From Octopus sinensis (taxonomy: Eukaryota): a DNA stretch of 64,000 bases. Position numbers and translations under genes: made by a program. Below, in pieces: positions 1-12,749 of this stretch. The notes under the pieces were generated by a model that searched no databases, had not been told where the DNA came from, and was given only the letters and a program-made list of their open reading frames with translations. Position 1 is the stretch's first letter, and each line of letters starts with the position of its first letter. The stretch covers positions 43,090,001 through 43,154,000 of the forward strand of contig NC_043006.1 of NCBI RefSeq assembly GCF_006345805.1. Reading direction: 5' to 3'.

Positions 1-508
1 GTATTGCAAAGCTGGATTATCGTGGACGACGAGAGAGGGGGCAAAGTAGTCGACCATAGCCTTACAAGGCGGGCGAGAGAAAAGACAGGATAGCAGTTAC
101 GACGGAAGTATCGTCGCAGATGGACGACGGAATGGGGGAGGAGAGCAAGAGGAGAGAGAGAGAGGGGAATGGTGCGAGGAAGACCATGAAGAATGGTGAA
201 AGGGAGAGAGAGAATGAAGAATGAGAGAGAGAGGAAGAGACAAGTTAAGTGAGGTATATATATTATACACACCACACATATGCCTATATGCATGCATGTA
301 TATATACACACGCACCACATATATATGTATACATACACACACTACAAAATTACATACATATAAGTTGTGTGTGGGTATATATAATATATATATATATATA
401 TTATATATATATTATATATAATATATATATATACACACATTATATATATACATATATATACATACATGCATACGTACATACACATGTACACACAAGTGCG
501 CACGCACG

Positions 509-568
<60 letters not shown>

Positions 569-1012
569 TATGTTGACTGACGCGGATGACCGACGCTTCA
601 TACATTTTATTCAAAAATATTCATTTCGGGGTTTTTCGCTGTAGGGGTGGAGAGCACACACAGATTCAGATCAAAAAACCCTCTTGCAATATGATGCCAT
701 CACCTCCACATTTTTATTATCAATTGGGGAATTCCAGCACTTGACAAGTAACTTTTATATATACGTGTATCTCTGAAGCGTGTGTATGTGTGTGTATATG
801 TGTGAAGGAGAGGGGTGTCCATGGCTGACCAGCTGTGCCAACAGATTATTGAAAAAGTCATCTTTGTAGTCTAGTAATGTAAATTGACAATTACGGTTCA
901 TAAATATAATATGAAAGAAAATGTGTCATAAGTACAGAATAAAACAAAAATTACAGCTGTAGCTTTTTAAACTGAATTATACATTCACACATAGAGATAA
1001 AAATACACGTAT

Positions 1013-1129
<117 letters not shown>

Positions 1130-1613
1130 TGATAGATAGGTAGATATAGATATATGGCGTAGGAGTGACTGTATGGTAAGTAGCTTGCTTACCAGCCACA
1201 TGGTTTCGGGTTCAGTCCCACTGCGTGGCACCTTGGGCAAGTGTCTTCTACTATAGCCTCGGGCTGACCAAAGCCTTGTGAGTGGATTTGGTAGACGGAA
1301 ACTGAAAGAAGCCCGTCGTATATATGTATATGTATATATTTATATATATACGTGTGTGCGCGTGTTTGTGTGTACCTGTATATATGTATAATATATATGT
1401 ATGTGTATATATATATATATATATACACGTGCAGGTGGCACGTAAAAAGCACCCACTACACTCACGGAGTGGTTGGCGTTAGGAAGGGCATCCAGCTGTA
1501 GAAACATTGCCAGATAAGACCGGAGCCTGGTGCAGCCTTCTGGCTTCCCAGATCCCCTGTCGAACCGTCCAACCTATGCTAGCATGGAGAACGGACGTTA
1601 AACGATGATGATG

Positions 1614-1662
<49 letters not shown>

Positions 1663-2536
1663 TGTGTGTATGTGTGTGTGTTGTGCTTTAAAATTGGATT
1701 GCTTTTTTGTTATAGTGACTCTATAGTTTTTAGACATACTACGAAAATATGTGTGAATTCAATGCATCATTTTCCTTATAATTCTTTTAATTTCAAATAT
1801 CGCATCAGGTTATGAAGAAAAGTCTATCACCATTCACCATGCCTACCAGGGAAGCCGATTGTGTACGGAAAATTTTAGGTGTGGTTTCGTGAAAATCCAT
1901 TTCAAACTGTTGACGATGATCAAAGTGTTAAATGTTTATGAATTGATGTCTGCTATATTATTTGTATGAAAGATTACCACATTGAAATAACAGCTTGAAA
2001 CGAATACTAACACCCCAAAAAATATATCGGAAAATGGTTTCTGAAGTTGTTTGTAACTAAAACCAAAATTATTGTCTGCTATAAGACATCTTCATTTGAT
2101 AGAAATCTCTTGAAGCTGTTATTATTCCTAAGCAACTAATGTTCTATGAAAAAAAAGGAAAAAGTAACACGTAAATTTCCTAATTGTAATTATTTCCAAT
2201 TTTAATGAAATGTCTCACTTCATAAAATGTTTGAATAAGTCACAGATTATATCATGCTGAATGTTTCTAATAAGGATGAAAGAGTGCTATACTGGATCAT
2301 CACCGACCAGAAACTCTAAGAACTTCAAAATAAAAGATATGTGCATTCTGTGCATGTTTTTCCTTATAATTCGTTAATTTTAAGCTCAAATTCCTCATCT
2401 CACCACATATTTTGAATAAGTGTTCATTTGTCTTGTAATAGCTGCGACCACTAGGGGAACCACATGTATGTGAAAATATAACTGGCATTCTGTCAGTTAC
2501 ACAAAAGTTAGCAGCAAGATGGCAAAAATAGATAAA

Positions 2537-2912
2537 ACAAGAGCACTCAGAGAGCGAAAACTTCCGCCAAGACAACACCAACGTCTTCTCAACGATTAGC
2601 CAGAGATGATTTTTAAAATGAGAATATCTGAGATAAACTCGACTGCTCTCACAAACGAGAATACTAAAAATGAACTTGACCGCTCTCAAAAGTTAAAAAA
2701 CCCGGAAAAATAATCCAGAATCCTTGTCCGGTACCGGATTGATCCCCAAAATTTAATCAGTTTGTGCCAATTATGAGGCCAAACATCCCTGAAAGTTTCA
2801 TCCGAATCCATCCAGCGGTTCTTGAGATATCTTGTCCACGGACAAACCAGCAAACAAACAAACAAACACGACTGAAAACAATACCTCTGCCTTCGCTAAG
2901 GCACAGGTAATA
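2537..2912 (+). mobile_element. Helentron-associated (DINE-1/HINE-like) non-autonomous element
   Basis: Subterminal ccgcc-type repeat, internal (caaa)n and a 3' hairpin acctctgccttcgctaaggcacaggt. Further copies at ~18500-18690 (+), ~32112-32455 (-) and ~32465-32800 (-). Confidence 0.65.
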
Positions 2913-3773
2913 AGTTGTACTCTCTTTTAATTGCACACCACACTAAGGACCGCTGGTGTTCCTCTCTAAAATAAATTTTGAGGTTTTAGTTGTGAAATGT
3001 TTAGCATATTGAATAACTGTTTCAGTTTGGCCAGCAATTTGGGTAGGATGGGGGTAACCGATTACACAGACACGGAGGCCTCTTACTCGACCAGTTGTTT
3101 ATTTTATCAAATATAAAAGGGTCAATGGTAAAGTCGGCCTTTGTATCATCATAATCGCTTAACGTTTGTTTTCCACACTGGCAATGGTTTACCAGTTTGA
3201 CCAGAGCTGGCAAGCCAGAGGGCTGCACCAGTTTTCAGTTTGATTTGGCCTGGTTTCTTCTACAGCTTGATGCTCTTCCGAATGCCAATCACTTCGCATT
3301 GTATGCCGGGTTCCACTAACGTGGCACTGGCACGAGTGCTTTTCACGTGGAACTGGCACATGACTCTTACAGGCCAACCCTCCTCACCAAGTGATGTGGC
3401 CTTAAACACTTCTGCCGTAGAGGACGGTTCCTCTTGAGTACAGCAAAGTACCAAGAACTATTTTCATCGATGTTAATCAATTATGGTATCCATCTTTTAA
3501 CCCTTCAGCATTCAGATTTCTCTGTCAAATGCAATGCTTATTCATTTATCGTTTTGAATTAATCTCTTTTATTCTTTTATTTGTTTCAGTCACTTGACTG
3601 CGGCCATGCTGGAGCAAATCGACACCAGAACTTATTCTTTGTATTGCCAACCACTAAGTTACGGAGACGTAAGCACACCACCATCGGTTGTCAACCTAAC
3701 ACAGACACACACACACACACACACACGCACACACGCACGCGCGCACACACACACACACACACACGCACACACG

Positions 3774-3824
<51 letters not shown>

Positions 3825-4078
3825 TATATTTATATTAATAAGGATAAGATCGTTATTTAAATATCGTTCATATCAAGTGGCCAGCGTGGGAATAGAAGCC
3901 TTCAAATGTATTAATTATTATTAAAATTATAATTTAGGGTATCTAAAATAGCAGCCACAACTTGACTCTAAAGCCACATTTAATGTGGTTTTAGAGTCAA
4001 GTTTTGGCTGCTATTTCAAGCGTGGTGGTATCTCTTAGATACCCTAAATTATATATATATATATATGTATATATACAT

Positions 4079-4111
<33 letters not shown>

Positions 4112-4271
4112 ATATATATACGATGGGCTTCTTTCAGTTTCCATCTACCAAATTCACTAACAAGACTTTGGTCAGCCCAAGGCTATACGCAGTGGGACCG
4201 AACCCAGAACCATGTGGTTGGTAAGCAAGCAACTTACCACACACCCACTCCTGTGCTTAATCATGCATTAT

Positions 4272-5089
4272 TGATATGACCCATATTATGATGACGTATT
4301 TCATCATCCCTATGACTGGCCCATACAGCGTACCTCGCCGACTGACTTTGCTTGCTGTGTCTGTACACTATTTATCAGTAGTGGAACAGCTCACTTCTCA
4401 CTTGGGGGTGTCCGCCACATGATAAACCCTTCTGTTTCAGATTTTAAGCCAGAGGCCATTAGCCATTGATGGGTCAGGGCTTTGTCAACATCTGCATTAT
4501 TCGCTCTCTTTGGGTATTTGCCATAGAGAGGTTTTTCTTGCCATTTATCATTCAGAATATCTAAGGCAGCAGTTTTAGCACGGGTTTTCATGCGTTTAGC
4601 TTTTTCTGTGCTTGTTTCTTGTATGTCTAATTCCGAAATTTGTTGTATTAGATATTCTTAGATATTCCTTTGCCTGTTTTGTTACTGAGTATGATGCTTT
4701 CTTGTTTTCATGTTTTGAGACAAGTTTTAACATCCAGTCCTCAGCGTTTTTCAGGAAGGTGTCTAGGCCAATTGTAGCAATCTTCATTCTTATTGCCAGT
4801 TGTAAAAGTCCACGGCCTCCCTCTTTTCATGGCAGGTAAAGTTGTTCTATATCTGCCTTAGGGTGGTGCATTCTATGCATTGTCAACAGTTTTCGTATTT
4901 TTCGGTCAAGATTACATATTTCAGTAATTGACCAGTTAACAATATTGAAACTGTAAGTCACGACTAGTTTGGCTAAAGCATTGATCGCTTCAATCCTGTT
5001 TCTCGCATTCAGCTCTGTCTGCGATGACATTCTTTCCTGATCCTTTCCTTCATCACTGAATGCCTTATTCCGTCCCCTTCAATTACCCC

Positions 5090-5121
<32 letters not shown>

Positions 5122-5524
5122 TATTATTATTTCTTCTACACACAATTGTTTTTCTCTTCAGAATGCTGCAGTTAGTACCAGTCTACATTGTTTACTGGTA
5201 GCGCTACATAACAACTTGACTTAAATCCTTCAAACAGACTTATATTATTTTTCATTGTGTGTAGTTCAGTTCTGTGTTAGAGTTCCATTTTTATCAGACA
5301 TTTTTTCTTCAGAATCTTTTTTCACTGAGTGTACATTATTTTTTACCATGTGTATAATTAGTTCTTTCTTCAAATTTTCATTGTGTATTATGATGGCATA
5401 TTTCATCATCTGCATGACTGGCTCATCCGGCATACCTCACCGACTGACCTTGCTTGCTGTGTCTGTCTACTATTTATCAATAGTGGAACATCCCACTTCT
5501 CACTTGGGGGGGTCCGCCACGACA
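4272..5524. mobile_element. TG...CA-bounded insertion with ~130-150-bp terminal direct repeats and 5-bp TSD (LTR/TRIM-like)
   Basis: ATTAT at 4267-4271 and 5525-5529. Diverged direct repeats at ~4285-4419 and ~5385-5521. Confidence 0.5.
4420..5090 (-). pseudogene. R4/Dong-clade non-LTR retrotransposon fragment
   Basis: Broken frames ELNARNRIEAIN..YSF..W..LDRKIRK..HHPKAD..LYLP, GGRGL and W..KPLYG..HQWL..GLKSETEGFI. The 5' end abuts a (TAA)n tract at 5090-5130, the known Dong target. Confidence 0.8.
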
Positions 5525-5935
5525 ATTATCTTATAACTTTAAAATTTTGATGATGTGATTGTTTATTTTTATAACGACATTGTAAGATAGGTGTGAAAGG
5601 CTGGACCAAACTGCTTTGAACATTAAACAGGTAGGATATTTTGGCAGGATATGGCCATTTTAAATGCTAAATGGTTAGTATAAACAATATACGATTTGTT
5701 TTATGCATGTTATGTATTATACTCTCTTTACTCTTTTACTTGTTTCAGTCATTTGACTGTGGCCATGCTGGAGCACCACCTTTAGTTGACCAAATCAACC
5801 CCAAGACTTATTCATTGTAAGCCTAGTATTTACTCTATCGTCTGTTTTGCCAAACTGCAAATTACAGGGATGTAAACACACCAGCATCTGTTCTCAAGCG
5901 ATGTTGGGGGGACAAACACAGACACACAAACATAT

Positions 5936-5982
<47 letters not shown>

Positions 5983-6217
5983 ATCCAAACATGAAAACAC
6001 AAAGAGAAACCACAACAACGCGAGGATGTGGAACAAGTATAGTGTTATTGGACGCTCAGGAAAGGAAAGAAAGAAGGAGGATTTAACGTTTCAAGCGGAG
6101 CTTTTCCAGAAACATAGAAAAAGGAAAGATCCAAGGAAGAGAAGACGGAGAAAGAAAATCGCCAACAATACACATGCAGTCACATATTGAATCATATATA
6201 TATATATATATTTATAT

Positions 6218-8060
6218 CATCATCATCATCATCATCATTTAGAGTCCGTTTTCCATGCTAGCATGGGTTGACGGTTCACCTGGCGTCTGGGGAGCCGAAG
6301 GCTGACCAGGCCAGTCAGATCTGGCAGTGTTTCTACAGCTGGATGCCCTTCCTAACGCCAACCACTCCGAGAGTGTAGTAGGTAATTTTATGTGCCACCA
6401 ACACTGTTCCACACGAGGCTGGCGAACGGCCACGCTCGGATGGTGTTTTTATGTGCCCCGACACAGGTGCCAGACGAGGCTGGCAGACGGCCACGCTCGG
6501 ATGGTGTTTTTATGTGCCACCGACACAGGTGCCAGATGAGGCTGGCGAACGGCCACGATCGGATGGTGTTTGTTACGTGCCCACAGCACGGAGGCCAGTC
6601 GATGCGGTACTGGCTACGGCCACATTCGGATGGTTTTCTTGTATGCCACCGGCACTGGTACCACTAAGATACAAATTCCATTGATGTTCATCTATTTTGA
6701 TTTGTTTTGATTTGATTTGATTTGATTTTCACTTGCCTCAACAGGTTTTCACAGGTCTTCACAAGTGTCACAAGAAGGAAGGAAGGTATGCATGCACAGG
6801 TGAATGACTACGTCCCCAGTAGGGGGCCACGGGTTATAGCCTGACTAGTCTTGCCGGGTCTTCGGATGGTGTTTTTATGTGCCACCGACACAGGTGCCAG
6901 ATGAGGCTTGTCTTGCCGGGACTTCGGATGGTGTTTTTATGTGCCACCGACACAGGTGCCAGATGAGGCTGGCGAACGGCCACGATCGGATGTGTTTGTT
7001 ATGTGCCCACAGCCGGAGGCCAGTCAATGCGGTCTGGCTACGGCCACGTTCGGATGATTTTTTGTGTGCCACCGGCACTGGTATCACAAAGATACAAATT
7101 CCATTGATGTTCATCTATTTTGATTTGTTTTGATTTGATTTTCCACTTGCCTCAACAGGTCTTCACAAGTGTCACAAGAAGGAAGGTTGCACAGGTGACT
7201 GACTACGTCCCAGGTAGGGGCCACGGGTTATGGCCTGACTAGTCTTGGCCGGTCTTCGGATGTTGTTTTTAGGTGCCACCGACACAGGTGCCAGATGAGG
7301 CTGGCGAACGGCCACGATCGAGTTGTTTGTTACGTGCCCACAGCACGGAGGCCAGTCGATGCGGTACTGGCTACCGCCACGTTCGGATGGTTTTCTTGTG
7401 TGCCACCGGCACTGGTACCACAAAGATACAAATTCCATGTGATGTTCATCTATTTTGATTGTTTTGATTTGATGTTCACTTGCCTCACAGGTCTTCACAA
7501 GTGTCACAAGAAGGAAGGTATGCACAGGTGGACTGACTACGTCCCAGGTAGAGGCCACGGGTTATGGCCTCACTAGTCTTGCCAGGTCTTCTCACGCACA
7601 GCATACTTCCATGGTCTCGGTCTCTAGTCATTTCCTTAGTGAGACCTAAAGTTCGAAGGTCGTGCTTCACCACCTCGTCCCAGGTTTTCCTGGGTCTACC
7701 TCTTCCACAGGTTCCCTCAACTGCTAGGGTGTAGCACTTTTGCACACACCTATCTCAGCCATTCTCGTCACATGACCATACCAGCGCAGCCGTCTCTCTT
7801 GCACACCACAACTGACGCTTCTTAGGTTCAGCTTTTTCTCTCAAGGTACTTACACTCTGACGATTATGAACACTGACATACACATCCATCGGAGCATACT
7901 GGCTTCAATTTCTTGCGAGCTTACGCATATCCTCAGCAGTCCCGCCCATTTTTTTCATTCCATGCCATGTAGCATGGCTGTACGTACACATGCATCATAC
8001 AGTCTGCCTTTTACTCTGAGCGAGAGGCCTTTTGTCACCAGCAGGGGTAAGAGCTCTCGC
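6218..8060 (-). mobile_element. RTE LINE 3' fragment with tandemly expanded 3' end
   Basis: 7570-8060 matches the C-terminus of the 38275 ORF. The stop-codon/3' UTR segment is reiterated (period ~330-390 bp). (GAT)n tail at ~6218-6238. Confidence 0.9.
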
Positions 8061-8699
8061 GATGGGCTTCTTGTAGTTTCCATCAACCAAATCCATTCAT
8101 AAGGCTTTGGTCGGCCCAAGGCTATAGTAGCTTCCTACTATAGTACTTGCCCAAGGTACCATGCAGTGAGACTGAACCCGGAACCATGTGGTTTGTAAGC
8201 AAGCTACTTACCACACAGCCGCGTGTGGTATACACATGTTATACACATGTTGCCAACAGCAAGATTTGAGAGAGGAAGTTTTCCCTCAAAGAAACATATG
8301 AAACAGTTCAGCAAAACGAACATCCTGCATTGCATATCAGACCCTGTCTTGGAACCCACAGGAGAAGTGAAAGAGAGGACAACCGTACTAGTTATGACTA
8401 ACCCATCTTTTTAAGGTTATTATAGATTTCATAATTGGTCCTTTTCATATTTAAGATAGTGGTGGGGGTAAGAGACTTGGCTGTTATTTCTAGCATATGA
8501 AATGACCACGGAGGAGTTTGATTGTCTGTTGCAGTTGAATTATATTGAACAGGTACAACCCAATAATTATAAAGCATTGTTCGATAAAAGAAAGACGTTT
8601 ACTGTTGAGATATTCTTGGGCATTTGTGCACACAAGTCCCCAGATATACAAACAGCACTTTATCACCTGATGTATTTATGCTTTTATAAAGGGCTTGCA

Positions 8700-9000
8700 T
8701 CAGCTCATGGATAAAGAAAACAACAACAACTACAAAAGTCCCTTGCTTTTGTCTTGTAGTCTAAGTTATGCGAATTCTGTGTAGCCACCCCCAGGAGAGT
8801 TTTCAAGAGATTATTAGTACGAACATTTGTAAGGCTACAGGAATTTGAGATATCAATAATTCATGAACAGCAAAGATTTTCTGTAATAGGATTGTTTCTG
8901 TAGGATGTTAATGTCTATGTAGCAGTTGAGTGGGAAAATGCTATGTTCTCAAGCACTCATTGCAAATCGTTTTCAAGATCTCTGATCAATGAATCTACAT
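8700..9000 (-). pseudogene. Possible pogo/Tigger CENP-B-type HTH relic
   Basis: Minus-strand peptide KLSWGWLHRI resembles the FxASxGWLxRF motif. Heavily decayed. Confidence 0.25.
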
Positions 9001-9582
9001 AGGACTGGTGCGATACTAAAAGCAAGTAGCTGCTGTCAACTTGTGCTTAACCATCCATAACCTGCACATGTTCTGCTTCCCTTTTTTTCTCTCTCTCTCT
9101 CTCTCTTTTTCTTTCTTTCTCAAAGACCTTAATGTCTTTATTCTGCATTTATCTGTTATCTTTCACTAGCTACAGTCGCTGGACTGTGGCCATGCTGGGG
9201 CACTGCCTCGAGAGGTTTTAGTCAAAATGAATTGACACCCCCAGGACTCTTTTTTTTTTTTTTGAAGTCTGGTACTTATTCAATTGGACTTTATTGCCAA
9301 GCTGCTAAGTTACAAGGATATAAACAAACTAACACTGAATGTCAAGTAGTGATGAGGGCAATATATTCTTTTATTTGTTTCAGTCATTTGACTGTGGCCA
9401 TACTGGAGCACAGCTTTTAGTCAGGCAAATCGACTCCAGGACTTATTCTTTGTAAGCCTAGTGCTTATTCTATCAATCTCTTTCACCGAACTGCTAAGCA
9501 TCGGTTGTCAAGTGATGTTGGGACAAACACAGACACACAAACATATACATAAATATATATATAATATATATATGAATATATA

Positions 9583-9638
<56 letters not shown>

Positions 9639-9986
9639 CCATGGGCTTCTTTCAGTTACTTTCTACAAAATCCACTCACAAGGCTTTGGTTGTAGAAGAC
9701 ACTTGCCCACGGTGCAAAGCATTGGGACTGTACTCAGAACCATGAGGTTGGTAAGCAAGTTACTTATCACACAGCCTCTCCTGCGCCTATATATATATCT
9801 TATACATATAATTTAGAGAAAACCTCTATTAAGCAATTCAATAGTGAAAGACGTTATTCACACACATATAGAAAATATATATACTATAAAAACAATAAAT
9901 AGTAAATAGTATGTTATATATTGTGAAATTTGATTTAGAATTGCTAATTGAAATTTTCCCTGTAAGTTTGGAATTATATTCCCTTC

Positions 9987-10041
<55 letters not shown>

Positions 10042-10046
10042 GCTAT

Positions 10047-10082
<36 letters not shown>

Positions 10083-10225
10083 ATATATAATATATAAATA
10101 AGGATGATATTGATATTTTACATATCGATCTTATCAAGTGGCCAGCATGGAATAAATACCATACAAAGGTAATTATTTAAAACCATAAATTAGGCTACCT
10201 GAGAGATACCACCATGCATGTATTT

Positions 10226-10257
<32 letters not shown>

Positions 10258-10884
10258 GTATATATGTGTATATAAATATATATATATATTTACATATATA
10301 CATATATATATGCACACACACACACACATATATATACACACACACAGAGGCACAGGTATGAGTGTGGTAGAAGATTGCTTCCAAATCACATAACTTCAGG
10401 TTCAGTCCTACTGTGTGGTATCTTAGGCAAGTGTCTTCTACTATAGCCGAAATCTTGTGAGAGGTAAATGGTAGATGGAAACCATAAAGAGCCTGCCATT
10501 TAGATATATGTACAAATATATATATATATACGCTCATGTGTGTGTGGAGTGGTGTATATTTTTGTCCCCTTGTCCTTGATGTCACATGATAGTTGTAAGT
10601 GAATGTAAATGAGTGTCACTGTTATACAAGCAGTGTCGTTCTTTTCCAATATTCTGCAAGAACATGTCTGGCCTTGGGAAAATATTAACTTTCTTGGAAC
10701 CAGTTGAGGGTTGGCAGCAAGAAGGGTATTTGGCCTTAGGGAAATTTGCTTCAATACACTCTATCTGACCCATGCAAGCATGAAAAATGGACATTAAAAA
10801 CCCACACACGTTTGTAGTTAAAACTTCTGTGCATTATTACACTCATCATTATAAAATTACTATTTTTAAATCTCACAACGAGAG

Positions 10885-11192
10885 ATATTCAGCAACAGTA
10901 CTTTGGAGTAATGATTGTTTGTCAACATAACATGGCAGTCCTGGTTTAGGACAAATGTTGCTGTAATTTATCCCCAGGAGACATCATCTCCAGCTGGCTA
11001 CATGACACGATCTGTGTCCTTATATTTTCAAACAAGCGATATTCAGCAACAGTACTTTGGAGTAATGATTGTTTGTCAACATAACATGGCAGTCCTGGTT
11101 TAGGACAAATGTTGCTGTAATTTAGCCCCAGGAGACATCAACTCCAGCTGGCTACATGACACGATCTGTGTCCTTATATTTTCAAACAAGCG
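10885..11192. repeat. ~153-bp near-identical tandem duplication
   Basis: gatattcagcaacagtactttggag...ttcaaacaagc occurs twice. Part of the unit resembles 24320-24410 and 41440-41510. Confidence 0.85.
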
Positions 11193-11590
11193 AATCTAGC
11201 ACCCCCACTCGGCTTAAAACAATATCTGTGTTTTGCAATTTCTGGGTTATTTCTCTTCATCGGCACAGAATAACTAAATTCATCAGTGCTTTAAGAGAAA
11301 GCGAAAGTACCATAGCAACAAATTCCCTTTGAAGTATATATAAGGGAAGTAAGGATAAGAAAGCAAGAGAGAGAGTGAAGGAGATAATCTTTTAATAACT
11401 ATATTGCATCCTGTTTCTTTGTTTCCCTGCAATACATTTTGTGCCTAGTCATAAGACAAAACTTCTGTTTTCCTGTAGGTAAACGGAATAATAAAGAAGT
11501 AACTTTGCCACTAAACAATCTGTGTCTTCAAAAGTTATGTCTCTTTCATGAATGGTGTACATTGTCAGTGTTTGTATATTAACTGCCATC

Positions 11591-11957
11591 GAAGCGCAAT
11601 GGCCCAGTGGTTAGGGCAGTGGACTCTCGGTCGTAGGATCACGGTTTCGATTCCCAGACAGGACATTGTGAGTGTTTATTGAGCGAAAACACCCAAAGCT
11701 CTACGAGGCTCCGGCAGGGGGTCGTGGAAAACTCTGCTGTACTCTTTCACCACAACTTTCTCTCACTCTTTCTTCCTGTTTCTGTTGTACCTGTTTTTCA
11801 AAGGGCCAGCCTTGTCACACTCTGTGTCACGCTGAATCTACATTAAGGGTACATGTGTCTGTGGAGTGCTCAGCCACTTGCACGTTAATTTCACAAGCAG
11901 GCTGTTCTGTTGATTGGATCAACTGGAACCCTCGTCGTCGTAACCGACGGAGTGCCA
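11591..11957 (+). mobile_element. tRNA-derived SINE family B
   Basis: Head gcgcaatggcccagtggttagggcag...ggtttcgattccc. Copies at 21111-21410 +, 55724-55912 + and 57630-57720 -. Confidence 0.85.
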
Positions 11958-12174
11958 TGATGACGATATTAACTGCTGTTGAGCCTTCAAGCACCGTAAT
12001 ATTTCAACTAATCATGTGCCATTTATTTGTATATGTATCTGTTTCAATGTAGTTCATGTTCTTAGTAGAACCAAAATCTCAACAAATGGGGAACTGGGAA
12101 TCCGGTGAGGTTTAGAGGAAGGCTACAGAAGAAGTGCAAGAACAAGATGATGATTGGAAAATACAAGAGGCGAG

Positions 12175-12335
12175 AGTGAAGAGGATGATGTTGTTATAAA
12201 TGATGATGAGGAGGAGGAAGAAGAGGAGGAGGTGGTGGTGGTTGTGAAAGGAAGGAAGGGAAACAAAGAAGAACACAAAGAGTTGTTTGTTATGGTTATC
12301 AAAGAGGACAATGATGATAATAATAATAATAATAA

Positions 12336-12394
<59 letters not shown>

Positions 12395-12715
12395 GGAAGA
12401 AGGAGGAGGAAGAGAAGAAGAAGGGGGAGGAGGAGGAGAAGAAGAAGAAGAAGAAGAAAAAAGAAAAGAAGAAGAAGAAGAAGAAGAAGACCACTACTTT
12501 GCTGCTGTTGTTTGTTGTTATCATGGATGATGACAATGATGAAGATGATGATGATAATGACGATGAAGACAATGATGCTGATAAAAGCCATAATAAGATG
12601 GGGTACTGTCTGGTGGGAAGGGATGTTAGCAAAAGAATCTTTTATGTCTGTTGGAGTATGTATGTGTGCATGTGTGTGTTTGTATGCATGTGTGTCTGTG
12701 TTTGCATGCGCGCAC

Positions 12716-12749
<34 letters not shown>

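Larger units (their letters stand above)
3497..5678. mobile_element. piggyBac-type MITE split by nested insertions
   Basis: Left end ttaacccttcagcatt (3497) and right end aatgctaaatggttag (~5678). The SINE at 3565-4255 is flanked by a ttaatc duplication. Confidence 0.55.
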
